A stretch of DNA of 57,437 nucleotides, taken from Candidatus Thalassarchaeaceae archaeon (GTDB taxonomy: Archaea > Thermoplasmatota > Poseidoniia > MGIII > CG-Epi1). The translations under genes and the position numbers were made by a program. The DNA is taken from positions 1-57,437 of the forward strand of contig CAUZDT010000002.1 in the NCBI GenBank assembly GCA_963578705.1, given 5' to 3'. Shown piece after piece: positions 8,410 through 17,249 of this stretch (position 1 is its first letter; each line of letters begins with the position of its first letter). The notes below the pieces were generated by a model. It saw only the letters and a list, made by a program, of their open reading frames with translations, searched no databases and was not told the DNA's origin.

Positions 8410-9026
8410 GCTCAAAACAACCCCGCAAACAGCGACTCGCCCGGCGTAACGCGCCGCTCCACCGACGGCACCGCGAGATGGCGGCACCGCTCGACCGCGG
8501 ACTCCGCAAGCGGCAGGAAGAGCGCGGCTACATCTATCCCCGTTCAATCCCGGTCCGCACCGGCGACCGCGTGCTGATTGTGCGCGGTGAGGGGCGCGGC
8601 ACCAAGGGGCACCGCATCTCGCAAATTGACCGCCGCGCGCGCAAGGTCTACGTCGACGGATTCACCTACCACAAGTCGGACGGCACCGAGCTACAGCGGC
8701 CGATTGACCCGTCGAACCTGGTGGTCATCAACCCCGACTGGTCCGACGTGCGCCGCCGGCGCATCCTGGACCGCGTCAACGAAGGGGTCGAGTGGACCGA
8801 AGAGACCGTCGCCGCGCTGGAAGCGGCCGAGGACGATTACGAGACCGAAGTTACCGGTGTCGACCCGCGCGCGGTGGAAGCCGACGAAGAAGAGGCTGGC
8901 GACGAGGAGGCGCAGGACTGGAGCGCTCTCACCGTTCCCGAGCTGAAGGCGGCGCTCAAGGAGCGCGACCTGCCCGTATCGGGCAAGAAGGCGGACTTGG
9001 TGGCGCGGCTGGAGGACTCCGCATGA
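8406..9026 (+). CDS. rpl24: 50S ribosomal protein uL24 fused to acidic linker + C-terminal SAP domain
   Basis: ORF 8370.. trimmed to ATG 8406 (ATGA junction). The KOW core is ...VRTGDRVLIVRGEGRGTKGHRI... The protein is 206 aa versus ~120 aa for typical archaeal L24. The tail ends WSALTVPELKAALKERDLPVSGKKADLVARLEDSA. Confidence 0.9.
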   Translation: MSSKQPRKQRLARRNAPLHRRHREMAAPLDRGLRKRQEERGYIYPRSIPVRTGDRVLIVRGEGRGTKGHRISQIDRRARKVYVDGFTYHKSDGTELQRPIDPSNLVVINPDWSDVRRRRILDRVNEGVEWTEETVAALEAAEDDYETEVTGVDPRAVEADEEEAGDEEAQDWSALTVPELKAALKERDLPVSGKKADLVARLEDSA

Positions 9027-9718
9027 GCGACCACCTGAAGCGCATCACCGCGCCGCGTTCGTGGAACGTCGGCCGTAAGTCACACTTCTGGGCCACCAGA
9101 CCAGCGCCGGGACCCCACTCGCTCGAGGGCAGCGTCCCGCTGGTGATGGTTCTGCGCGACTACCTGCACGTCTGCGACAACGCGCGTGAGGCGCGCCGGG
9201 TGCTCGCTGACGGCAAGGTGATGGTCGACCAGCGCGTCGTGCGCGACCCGAAGCGCAGCGTGGGGCTGATGGACGTCGTCTCGCTGCCCGCGGCCAAGGC
9301 CGATTACCGCTGCCTGCTCGACCACCGCGGCCGGCTGCATTTCTCCGAAATCAAGGCGGCCGAGGCGAAGTGGAAGCTGCTGCGCGTCGAAGACAAGACG
9401 ACGGTGCGCAGCGGAAAGACGCAACTCAACCTGCACGACGGGAGCAACCTGCTCTACGAGGGCGCGGTCGCAACTGGCGACGTGTTGCAAGTGGCGTTGC
9501 CGGGCCGTAAAATCAAGAAGGTTCTCAAGTTCGACAAGGGCGCCCCCGCGCTCGTCACGGGCGGGGCGCACGTCGGAACGATTGCGCCGCTGAAGGAGGC
9601 GCTGGTGACGCGCAGCCCGCGGCCCAACATCGTCTACTTCACCGAGTTCGAGACGTTGAAGCAATATGCGTTCGTCGTCGGCGCCAAGAAGGCGCTCGTC
9701 GCCGAGGTTGCGGCATGA
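9023..9718 (+). CDS. rps4e: 30S ribosomal protein eS4
   Basis: ORF 8792.. trimmed to ATG 9023 (ATGA junction). MSDHLKRITAPRSWNVGRKSHFWATRPAPGPHS. Confidence 0.95.
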   Translation: MSDHLKRITAPRSWNVGRKSHFWATRPAPGPHSLEGSVPLVMVLRDYLHVCDNAREARRVLADGKVMVDQRVVRDPKRSVGLMDVVSLPAAKADYRCLLDHRGRLHFSEIKAAEAKWKLLRVEDKTTVRSGKTQLNLHDGSNLLYEGAVATGDVLQVALPGRKIKKVLKFDKGAPALVTGGAHVGTIAPLKEALVTRSPRPNIVYFTEFETLKQYAFVVGAKKALVAEVAA

Positions 9719-10224
9719 ACGCGATGCGCGAACTGCGGATTGCCAAGGTGGTGCTGAACATCGGCGTCGGCGAGGCAGGCGACCGGCTCTCCAAGGCCGA
9801 AACCGTGCTGGGCAAGCTGACCGGCTGCCAGCCGGTGCGCACGCTTTCACGCACGCAGAACCGCGATCTGGGGCTGCGCAAGGGGATGCCCATTGGCTGC
9901 AAGGTGACGCTGCGCGGCGAGAACGCGCACCGCGTCCTGAAGAACGCGCTCTGGGTGCGCGAGAACCGACTGCCAGCCTACTGCTTCTCCGTTGCGGGCG
10001 GACTCAATTTCGGCATTCCCGACTACACCGGCTTCGCCGACGAGAAATACGATCCTGACATTGGCATCTTCGGACTGGACGTGGCTGTCGCGTTCGAGCG
10101 GCCCGGCTTCCGCGTCTCGCGGCGCAAGGTGGCACGGCGCAAGGTGGGCCTGCGCCACCGGCTGACCCGCGAGGAATGCCAGGAATTCATGCAGCAGAAC
10201 TTCAAGCTGGAGGTTGTCACATGA
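9715..10224 (+). CDS. rpl5: 50S ribosomal protein uL5
   Basis: 169 aa. ...[23 protein letters not shown]... ATGA junction. Confidence 0.95.
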   Translation: MNAMRELRIAKVVLNIGVGEAGDRLSKAETVLGKLTGCQPVRTLSRTQNRDLGLRKGMPIGCKVTLRGENAHRVLKNALWVRENRLPAYCFSVAGGLNFGIPDYTGFADEKYDPDIGIFGLDVAVAFERPGFRVSRRKVARRKVGLRHRLTREECQEFMQQNFKLEVVT

Positions 10225-10376
10225 AGACCAAGGAGCGCACCGTGTTCCACGGGCGCATCATCGGCTGCCGCCGCTGCGGACGCAAGCGCGGCATCGTGAG
10301 GCGCTACAAGCTGCATCTATGCCGGCAGTGCTTCCGCGACAAGGCGACCATGCTGGGGTTCAAGAAATACTCATGA
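10221..10376 (+). CDS. rps14: 30S ribosomal protein uS14 (zinc type)
   Basis: ORF 10176.. trimmed to ATG 10221 (ATGA junction), giving 51 aa with [24 protein letters not shown]. Confidence 0.92.
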   Translation: MKTKERTVFHGRIIGCRRCGRKRGIVRRYKLHLCRQCFRDKATMLGFKKYS

Positions 10377-10759
10377 GACACGACCTGTTATCCGATGCGC
10401 TGGTGGCCATCAAGAACGCCGACCGCGTCGGCAAGCCCGACGCACGCGTTCCCGCGTCACGCCTGGTTGGCGAAATCCTGCGGCTGCTGCAGGAGAAGGG
10501 CTACATTACCGGCTTCAAGCGGCAGGAGAACGGCCGCGGCGGCGAATTTAAGGTGCAGCTCAACGGCCGCATCAACAGCTGCGGGGCGATACGCCCGCGG
10601 TTCTCGGTCAAGGTGCGCGAGATGGACCGCCACGAGGCGCGCTACCTACCAGCCAAGGACTTCGGCATCCTGATTCTCACGACGCCGCAGGGCGTCATCA
10701 ACAATGACCAGGCCAAGGCAGGCCACACCGGAGGGAGACTGCTCGCGTATGCTTATTGA
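10373..10759 (+). CDS. rps8: 30S ribosomal protein uS8
   Basis: ORF 10214.. trimmed to ATG 10373 (ATGA junction). [21 protein letters not shown]... Confidence 0.93.
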   Translation: MRHDLLSDALVAIKNADRVGKPDARVPASRLVGEILRLLQEKGYITGFKRQENGRGGEFKVQLNGRINSCGAIRPRFSVKVREMDRHEARYLPAKDFGILILTTPQGVINNDQAKAGHTGGRLLAYAY

Positions 10760-11297
10760 GGAACTGACGCACACGGTCCCGCTGCCGGAGGGCGTCAGCG
10801 CCAGCTACGACGGTGCGACCTTCGTGGTCGAGGGGCCGCGCGGCAAGCTGGAGCGCGACTTCAGCCACCCGCAGCTCGGCATCCAGCCGGGCGACGGCGC
10901 GGTAGTCATTTCCGGAAAGAAGCTGCGCAAGCGGCAGAAGGCGCTGCTGGGGACATGGCGCGCGCACCTGTCCAACATGGTCAACGGCGTCGCATTCGGC
11001 TTCCGCTACCAGATGAAGGTGGTCTTCGCACACTTCCCGATGAAGGTCTCCGCCAAGGGCAACAGCGTCGTAATCAACAACTTCCTGGGCGAGAAGGCGA
11101 ACCGCCACGCCGCGATTGTCGGCGACACCAAGGTAATCGCCAAGGGCGATTCCGTTACGATTGAGGGCAACGACCGCGAAGCGGTCGGCCAGACCGCGGC
11201 CAACCTTGAGCGCGCCACGATTGTCAAGGGGCGCGACATCCGCGTCTTCCAGGACGGCATCTATCTCGTCTCGAAAGGAGTGATGCATGACGCATAA
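10749..11297 (+). CDS. rpl6: 50S ribosomal protein uL6
   Basis: ORF 10704.. trimmed to ATG 10749, with an 11-nt overlap with rps8. ...VSASYDGATFVVEGPRGKLERDF... Confidence 0.9.
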   Translation: MLIEELTHTVPLPEGVSASYDGATFVVEGPRGKLERDFSHPQLGIQPGDGAVVISGKKLRKRQKALLGTWRAHLSNMVNGVAFGFRYQMKVVFAHFPMKVSAKGNSVVINNFLGEKANRHAAIVGDTKVIAKGDSVTIEGNDREAVGQTAANLERATIVKGRDIRVFQDGIYLVSKGVMHDA

Positions 11298-11739
11298 GCC
11301 GAAGGCGAAGCCGAAGCTTGACGCGGACGCCCGCAAGGCGCTCGCGAAGCGCAACGCTGCCAGCCGCAAGCGGCCCGCCTTCAAGCGGCAGAACTGGTTC
11401 CGCTACAAGCGACTCGGCACCGCCTGGCGCAAGCCGCGCGGGATGCACAGCAAGATGCGCGCCCGTCGCAAGTATCGCCCGCCGGTGGTCTCGGCCGGCT
11501 ACCGCGGCCCCGCCGCCGCGCGCGGGCTGCACCCGTCCGGCTTCGCCGAGGTGCTGGTGCACCGCCCCGAAGAGCTCGAGGCGCTGGACGGCAAGCTGGA
11601 GGCAGCACGCGTCGCCGCCACCGTCGGCGACCGCAAGCGCGAAGCGATTGAGGCGCGCGCCGCTGAACTGGAAATCCGCGTGCTCAACCGCCGCGGCTAC
11701 GATGATGATGATGCCACGGAAGAGGAGGAAGAGGAATGA
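11287..11739 (+). CDS. rpl32e: 50S ribosomal protein eL32
   Basis: 150 aa. RKRPAFKRQNWFRYKRLGTAWRKPRGMHSKMR. Acidic DDDDATEEEEEE tail. Confidence 0.93.
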   Translation: MTHKPKAKPKLDADARKALAKRNAASRKRPAFKRQNWFRYKRLGTAWRKPRGMHSKMRARRKYRPPVVSAGYRGPAAARGLHPSGFAEVLVHRPEELEALDGKLEAARVAATVGDRKREAIEARAAELEIRVLNRRGYDDDDATEEEEEE

Positions 11740-12194
11740 ATCTCGCTTACCAACGCCGCGTCGCCGCCCGCCTGCTCAAGTGCGGGCTCGACCGGGTCTG
11801 GATTGACGACCGCGCCGATATTCAGGAGCGCATCGGCGAAGCGGTCACGCGCGACGACGTGCGCCACCTGATTGTCCAGAAGTTCATCCGCAGGCACCAG
11901 AAGAAGGGCATCTCCCGCGGTCGCGCACGCCAGCGCGATGCGCAGCGCGCCAAGGGACGCCAGCGCGGGCACGGCTCGCGCCGCGGCCACGGCAAGGCGC
12001 GCACGCCGAAGAAGGAGGCATGGATGACGCGCATCCGTGCGCTGCGCGACGAACTGCGTGGCCTACGGGTAGCGGGCACGCTCACCGCGTCGCAATATCG
12101 CCACTACTACCGCCGCGCCAAGGGCGGGATGTATAATTCGCGGGCGCACCTGCGCTCGCACATGCAGACCGACGGCATCGAGGTGAAACAGTGA
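11736..12194 (+). CDS. rpl19e: 50S ribosomal protein eL19
   Basis: 152 aa. LAYQRRVAARLLKCGLDRVWID. ATGA junction. Confidence 0.93.
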   Translation: MNLAYQRRVAARLLKCGLDRVWIDDRADIQERIGEAVTRDDVRHLIVQKFIRRHQKKGISRGRARQRDAQRAKGRQRGHGSRRGHGKARTPKKEAWMTRIRALRDELRGLRVAGTLTASQYRHYYRRAKGGMYNSRAHLRSHMQTDGIEVKQ

Positions 12195-12676
12195 GGCAAT
12201 TCCGCCGGCGCCGCGAAGGCACGACCGATTACCGCAAGCGGCTGGCGCTGCTCAAGTCGGGAGAGGCGCGCGCAGTCGTGCGCGTCACCAACCGGCAGGT
12301 GCTCATCCAGCTAATCCGCTTCGCGAAACAGGGCGATGAGGTTGTCGCCGCGGTCAGCTCGCAGCAGCTGGGCGCGCTGGGCTGGAAAGGCTCCGGCACC
12401 AGCATCCCCGCCGCCTACCTGTCGGGACTGCTCGCAGCGCGCAACGCGCAAGCCGCGGGCGAGACACGAGCGGTGCTCGATATCGGCCGCGTCACCCCCA
12501 CCTCGGGCGGTCGCGTCTTCGCGGTGCTCAAGGGACTGGTCGATGGCGGACTCGAAGTCCCGCACTCGGATACCCTTTACCCGGGCGAGGAGCGCATCCG
12601 CGGCGAACACATTTCCAAGGCGACCGCAAAGCAGGTCGAGAAGGTCACTGCCGCTATCAAGGAGGCGAAGGCGTGA
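12191..12676 (+). CDS. rpl18: 50S ribosomal protein uL18
   Basis: 161 aa. GTG start (GTGA junction). RRRREGTTDYRKRLALLKSG. Confidence 0.92.
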   Translation: MRQFRRRREGTTDYRKRLALLKSGEARAVVRVTNRQVLIQLIRFAKQGDEVVAAVSSQQLGALGWKGSGTSIPAAYLSGLLAARNAQAAGETRAVLDIGRVTPTSGGRVFAVLKGLVDGGLEVPHSDTLYPGEERIRGEHISKATAKQVEKVTAAIKEAKA

Positions 12677-13500
12677 ACCCGCCGCCCGAGCGCAGGACCA
12701 GTACCAGCCCGCCACCACGTGGCGGCCCCCGGGCTGGCGGCCCACCCCGCGGTGGACCCCAGCGCGGCGGTCCGCCCCGCCGGGGCGGACCGCCGCGTGA
12801 CCGCGGACCGCGGCTGACGCCGGCACAGCAGCGCCGCAAGGCGGCTTCCGAGCGCGTCGACGCGTGGAAGCCGAAGACCGAACTGGGGCGCAAGGTCGTC
12901 GCCGGCGAGATTACTACAATTCACGACGCGCTGGCGTCGGGCCTGACGCTGCGCGAGCCCGAAATCGTCGATATCCTGCTGCCCGATCTGAAGGAGGAGG
13001 TTATCGATATCCACATGGTCCAGCGCATGTCCGATTCGGGGCGCAGGGTGCGCTTCGCCGTTACGACCATGGTCGGCAACGGTGACGGCTGCGTCGGGCT
13101 GGGTCGCGTCTCGGGCAAGCTGGTGCGGCCGACCATCCAGAAATCCATGGACCGCGCCAAGCAGAACCTGATTGAAATCCGGCGCGGCAGCGGTTCCTGG
13201 GAATGCTCGACCGCGGTACCGAACTCACTGCCGTTTACCGTCGCGGGCCGCACCGGCTCGACGCGCGTGACGCTCAAGCCGGCGCCGCCCGGCGTGGGGC
13301 TGGTGACCAACGACGTCGGACGCATCATGCTCCGCATGGCGGGCGTTCAGGACATCTGGTCGTTCAGCAAGGGGCAGACACAGACTATCTACAATTACGC
13401 CAGCGCGATGTTCAAGGCGCTCGAGAAGACCGCCAGCACGAAGCTGCTGCCGGGCCAGGAAGAGGCGCACAACATGCTGTTGGGGGCGGCGGCCACATGA
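12673..13500 (+). CDS. rps5: 30S ribosomal protein uS5 with N-terminal Pro/Arg/Gly repeat extension
   Basis: 275 aa. GTG start (GTGA junction). N-terminus is PPPRGGPRAGGPPRGGPQRGGPPRRGGPPRDRGP, followed by the canonical S5 core (...WKPKTELGRKV...VGNGDGCVGLG...). Confidence 0.9.
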   Translation: MNPPPERRTSTSPPPRGGPRAGGPPRGGPQRGGPPRRGGPPRDRGPRLTPAQQRRKAASERVDAWKPKTELGRKVVAGEITTIHDALASGLTLREPEIVDILLPDLKEEVIDIHMVQRMSDSGRRVRFAVTTMVGNGDGCVGLGRVSGKLVRPTIQKSMDRAKQNLIEIRRGSGSWECSTAVPNSLPFTVAGRTGSTRVTLKPAPPGVGLVTNDVGRIMLRMAGVQDIWSFSKGQTQTIYNYASAMFKALEKTASTKLLPGQEEAHNMLLGAAAT

Positions 13501-13970
13501 CCTGGGCCGTCGTCCGCGTGCGCGGGCCAATTAACGTCAAGCCCAAGGCGCGCGAAACAATGCGGATGCTGCGGCTGAACCGGGTCAACCACTGCGTGAT
13601 GGTCCCCGAGGACGCCACCCATCTCGGGATGCTGCGGCAGGTGAAGGATTACGTCACTTGGGGCGAAGCCGACGCCGAGACCGCCGAGCTGCTGCTGGGT
13701 GACGCCGGAATGCTGGGCGGCCGCAAGCCGCTCGACAAGGCGGCGCTCAAGGAGGGTGGCTTCACGACGGTGAAAGCGTTCGCGAAGAAAGTGGCTGCCG
13801 GCAAGGCGCGGCTGCGCGACGTTCCGGGACTGAAGCCAGTGCTACGGCTCCATCCGCCCCGCAAGGGGTGGGAGGGCATCAAGCGCTCTTTCACCGAAGG
13901 CGGCGCGCTGGGCTACCGCGGCGACGCCATCAACGCCCTGTTGAGGAGGATGACTCGTGGGGACGCGTAA
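13497..13970 (+). CDS. rpl30: 50S ribosomal protein uL30
   Basis: ORF 13203.. trimmed to ATG 13497 (ATGA junction). WAVVRVRGPINVKPKARETMRMLRLNRVNHCV. Confidence 0.92.
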   Translation: MTWAVVRVRGPINVKPKARETMRMLRLNRVNHCVMVPEDATHLGMLRQVKDYVTWGEADAETAELLLGDAGMLGGRKPLDKAALKEGGFTTVKAFAKKVAAGKARLRDVPGLKPVLRLHPPRKGWEGIKRSFTEGGALGYRGDAINALLRRMTRGDA

Positions 13971-14376
13971 GTCCATGCGACGCGGCCGTACCCGCGGACG
14001 CGGCCACAAGAAAGGGCGTGGTGCCGGCCTGCGCGGTGGGCGCGGCAACGCTGGCTCGCACAAGACCAAGCGAGTGATGTACGAGCGCGTCGGACGCGTC
14101 TGGGGCCGTTCTGGCTTCACACGGCCACCGGCGGTCGTCGCCGCCTGCGCGGTCCTTAACCTGAAGCTGCTCGAAGAATCGCTCGACCGCTGGGTCACCG
14201 GCGGCAGTGCAACCCGGAAAGGGAAGCAGGTCTCCGTCGATCTGGGGCCACTCGGCTTCGACAAGCTGCTCTCGACCGGCGACCTGAGCCGCCCCTGCAC
14301 GATTACCGTAAGCGCTGCCTCCGCCCGCGCCATCCAGAAGGTGGAAGCCGCCGGCGGAGAGGTGCAGCTTGGCTGA
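13957..14376 (+). CDS. rpl15: 50S ribosomal protein uL15
   Basis: 139 aa. GTG start. RGRGHKKGRGAGLRGGRGNAGSHK. Confidence 0.92.
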   Translation: MGTRKSMRRGRTRGRGHKKGRGAGLRGGRGNAGSHKTKRVMYERVGRVWGRSGFTRPPAVVAACAVLNLKLLEESLDRWVTGGSATRKGKQVSVDLGPLGFDKLLSTGDLSRPCTITVSAASARAIQKVEAAGGEVQLG

Positions 14377-14524
14377 CGACATTCCGCGCGAGCCGTCGAG
14401 GGCGTTCGGCCCCTGCATCGCGGTAATCCTGCTCTACCTGCTCTGGTTCCGCTGGAAGGACCCCAGCACCGAGGCGGCGCTGCTGATGGGCGGTGGCATG
14501 GCCATCTTGACCTGGCTAACCTAC

Positions 14525-16087
14525 ATGGCTTCCTCGTATTCTGGTGACGGGTCGAAACTGCACGGGCTGGCGCCGATTATCGAGCGCATGCCGAGCATCA
14601 CCAAGCCGGACGGTCACGTCCATTTCCGGACCAAGATGACCTGGACGCTCGGCATCCTGATTCTCTACTTCGCGCTGACTAACGTCACGATGTATGGCCT
14701 GGGCAGCGACACCGTCGACCTGTTCGTCCAGTACCGCGCCATCCTTGCCGGGGCATCGGGGAGCCTGATGCATCTCGGTATCGGGCCGATTGTGACCGGC
14801 TCGATTATCATGCAGCTTTTCACCGGTGCCAAGATTATCAACCTCAACCTGCAGGACGCCAAGGACAAGGCCATCTACCAGGGCACCCAGAAAGTGCTGG
14901 TAGTGGTGATGATTTTCGTCGAATCCATCCCGCAGGTCTTCGGCTTCCTCGAGCCCAGCGCAACCGTCGTCGGCGAACTCGGGCTGACATGGGCTCGCAT
15001 GGCGATTATCACCCAGCTGATTATCGGCTCGTACATCGTGTTCCTGATGGACGAGGTGGTCTCCAAATGGGGCATCGGCAGCGGTATTTCCCTTTTCATC
15101 GCCGCTGGTGTCAGCCAAGCGCTCTTCACCGGCACGCTCAACTGGGAGTCGGCGCCCGGGACGACCGACCCCAACACGCCACCGACCGGGACCATCCCGA
15201 TGGTTATCTGGTACATCATGAACTCCACATCGCGCGAGCTGATGCAGGGGGGCTACGAGGCGATGCTGCTGGCACCGCCCAATCCGGTCGTCGCGCTGGT
15301 CGGGACACTCGTTGTGTTCTTCGTCGTGGTGTATGTCGAGTCGTCGCGCATCGAACTGCCGCTGGCGCACGGACGCGTCCGCGGCGCGCGCGGACGCTAC
15401 CCCATCCGGCTGATTTACGCCAGCAACATCCCGGTCATCTTGATGGCGGCGCTGCTCGCCAACGTCAACATGTTCGCGATGCTATTCTGGTCGCATCCGA
15501 CCATGTCCAAATGGCCGATTATCGGGCATAACTGGATGATTGGCGCTTTCGACGTCAGCGATGGCAACCCGGTCCCGACCATGGGTGCTGCCTACTACCT
15601 CAACCGCATCAACGGCATGCAGGACTGGTTCCTGCCGCTGGCAAGCCCCAAGTACGAGAGCTACATGACCATCGGCGGCGTGAGCCACGAGCCGTACCAG
15701 CTGCTGTTGCATATCATTGTCTACATGGGCGTCATGATTCTGGGCTCAATGATGTTCGCCAAGTTTTGGATTGAAACGACCAACATGGGCCCGCAAGCGG
15801 TCGCCAAGCAAATCCAGGGCTCGGGGATGCAAATCCCCGGCTTCCGGCGCGACCCGCGTATCGTTGAGAAAGTGCTCGAGCGGTACATCCCGACGGTGAC
15901 CATCTTCAGTGGCTTCATAGTGGGGTTGCTCGCCGCCGCCGCCGACATGGTTGGCACCACCGGGCAGTCCTCCGGCACGGGAGTGCTGCTGACGGTCGGC
16001 ATCATGATTCGCATGTACGAGCAGATTGGCAAGGAGCAGATGATGGAAATGCATCCGGTCCTGCGGCAGTTCTTCGGCGAGGAGTGA
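14525..16087 (+). CDS. secY: preprotein translocase subunit SecY
   Basis: ORF 14369..16087. I prefer ATG 14525 (520 aa). LAPIIERMPSITKPDGHVHFRTKMTWTLGILILYFALTNV is a typical archaeal SecY N-terminus, followed by multiple TM segments. The TTG 14369 start would add a 52-aa hydrophobic extension. Confidence 0.9.
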   Translation: MASSYSGDGSKLHGLAPIIERMPSITKPDGHVHFRTKMTWTLGILILYFALTNVTMYGLGSDTVDLFVQYRAILAGASGSLMHLGIGPIVTGSIIMQLFTGAKIINLNLQDAKDKAIYQGTQKVLVVVMIFVESIPQVFGFLEPSATVVGELGLTWARMAIITQLIIGSYIVFLMDEVVSKWGIGSGISLFIAAGVSQALFTGTLNWESAPGTTDPNTPPTGTIPMVIWYIMNSTSRELMQGGYEAMLLAPPNPVVALVGTLVVFFVVVYVESSRIELPLAHGRVRGARGRYPIRLIYASNIPVILMAALLANVNMFAMLFWSHPTMSKWPIIGHNWMIGAFDVSDGNPVPTMGAAYYLNRINGMQDWFLPLASPKYESYMTIGGVSHEPYQLLLHIIVYMGVMILGSMMFAKFWIETTNMGPQAVAKQIQGSGMQIPGFRRDPRIVEKVLERYIPTVTIFSGFIVGLLAAAADMVGTTGQSSGTGVLLTVGIMIRMYEQIGKEQMMEMHPVLRQFFGEE

Positions 16088-16716
16088 TGGCGCGCGTCAT
16101 CGGCGGCTCGACCATCGGTGAGGGTTGCTTTCTGGACCGGGACGTCGTCATCGGCTACCCGTCAGGCGACGAGCTGCCGCTCCTCGACGGCGACCGCGAA
16201 GCGGAAATCGCGGGCGCGACCGTCGGCAACGATTGCACGCTACGCGCCGGGACACTCTACTCCCGCGCGCGGCTCGGCAGCACCGTGCGCACCGGCCACG
16301 GCTGGCTGGTGCGCGAAGATTCCACCGTAGGCGACGGCTGCCTCATCGGCACCGGAGTAACAATCGACAACGACTGCCACGTCGGCGACCACTGCAGCTT
16401 GCAAACCGGTGTCTACATCCCGACCGGCTCGCGCATCGGCGACCGCTGCTTCCTCGGTCCGAATGCGACGCTTACCAACGACCGCACTCCGCTGCGGACC
16501 GACTACCGGCTCGAGGGCGTTACGCTCGGCGACGACGTCACCGTCGGCGCCAATGCGACACTGATGCCGGGCATCAGTGTCGGCGACGGTGCGTTCATCG
16601 CCGGTGGCGCGGTCGTCACGCGCGACGTGCCCGCCTGGAAAATGGCGGTCGGCGTCCCGGCGCGGATTATGGATTTGCCGGAAAATCTGAAGAAGCCCAA
16701 CCGGCTCGGTGAGTGA
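16087..16716 (+). CDS. left-handed beta-helix (hexapeptide-repeat) acyl/acetyltransferase
   Basis: 209 aa with repeated [LIV]G-x4 hexapeptides (IGEGCFL, VGNDCTL, VGDGCLI, VGDHCSL, IGDRCFL, VGANATL, VGDGAFI). TGATG junctions with both secY and adkA. Confidence 0.75.
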   Translation: MARVIGGSTIGEGCFLDRDVVIGYPSGDELPLLDGDREAEIAGATVGNDCTLRAGTLYSRARLGSTVRTGHGWLVREDSTVGDGCLIGTGVTIDNDCHVGDHCSLQTGVYIPTGSRIGDRCFLGPNATLTNDRTPLRTDYRLEGVTLGDDVTVGANATLMPGISVGDGAFIAGGAVVTRDVPAWKMAVGVPARIMDLPENLKKPNRLGE

Positions 16717-17249
16717 TGGGCGTCGTCGTCGTTACCGGCGTGCCGGGGGTGGGCAAGTCCACCGTCATGGCCGGCGCCAGCGAAGCGGGTTACGGCAGCG
16801 TCAACTTCGGTGACATGATGTTCGAGGTCGCACAGTCGGAGGGCGTCGCTGACCGCGACCAGATGCGCAAGCTACCGATAGTAGAGCAGCAGCGATTGCA
16901 ACGCCTGGCGGGCGAGCAAATTGCCGCGATGGGTGACGTCGTCGTCGATACGCACGCTTCCATCCGCACCGCGCAGGGCTTCATGCCGGGCCTGCCCGAG
17001 TGGACGCTGCGCGCGATGGCGCCCGCGATTATCGTGCTGGTCGAAGCCACGCCCGCCGAGATTGCCGGCCGCCGCGCGAAAGATGCGACCCGGCAGCGCG
17101 ACGGCGACAGCGTCGCGCTGCATCAGGAAGTTAACCGCGCCTTCGCCGCAGCCGGTGCGGTGATGGTCGGCGCGACCGTCGCCATCATCGAGAACCACGA
17201 CGGGGGGGTCGACGCAGCGGTCGCGCAATTCCAGGAGGTGCTCGCGTGA
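16716..17249 (+). CDS. adkA: archaeal-type adenylate kinase
   Basis: 177 aa. VVVTGVPGVGKST P-loop. Canonical position after secY. Confidence 0.85.
   Translation: MGVVVVTGVPGVGKSTVMAGASEAGYGSVNFGDMMFEVAQSEGVADRDQMRKLPIVEQQRLQRLAGEQIAAMGDVVVDTHASIRTAQGFMPGLPEWTLRAMAPAIIVLVEATPAEIAGRRAKDATRQRDGDSVALHQEVNRAFAAAGAVMVGATVAIIENHDGGVDAAVAQFQEVLA

Noticed and set aside
14369-14524. 52-aa N-terminal extension of SecY from TTG 14369
   Set aside because: The canonical archaeal SecY N-terminus aligns from just after Met 14525. The extension would overlap the rpl15 end and starts with a rare TTG. It is kept only as an alternative, because it is hydrophobic and could be an extra TM segment.
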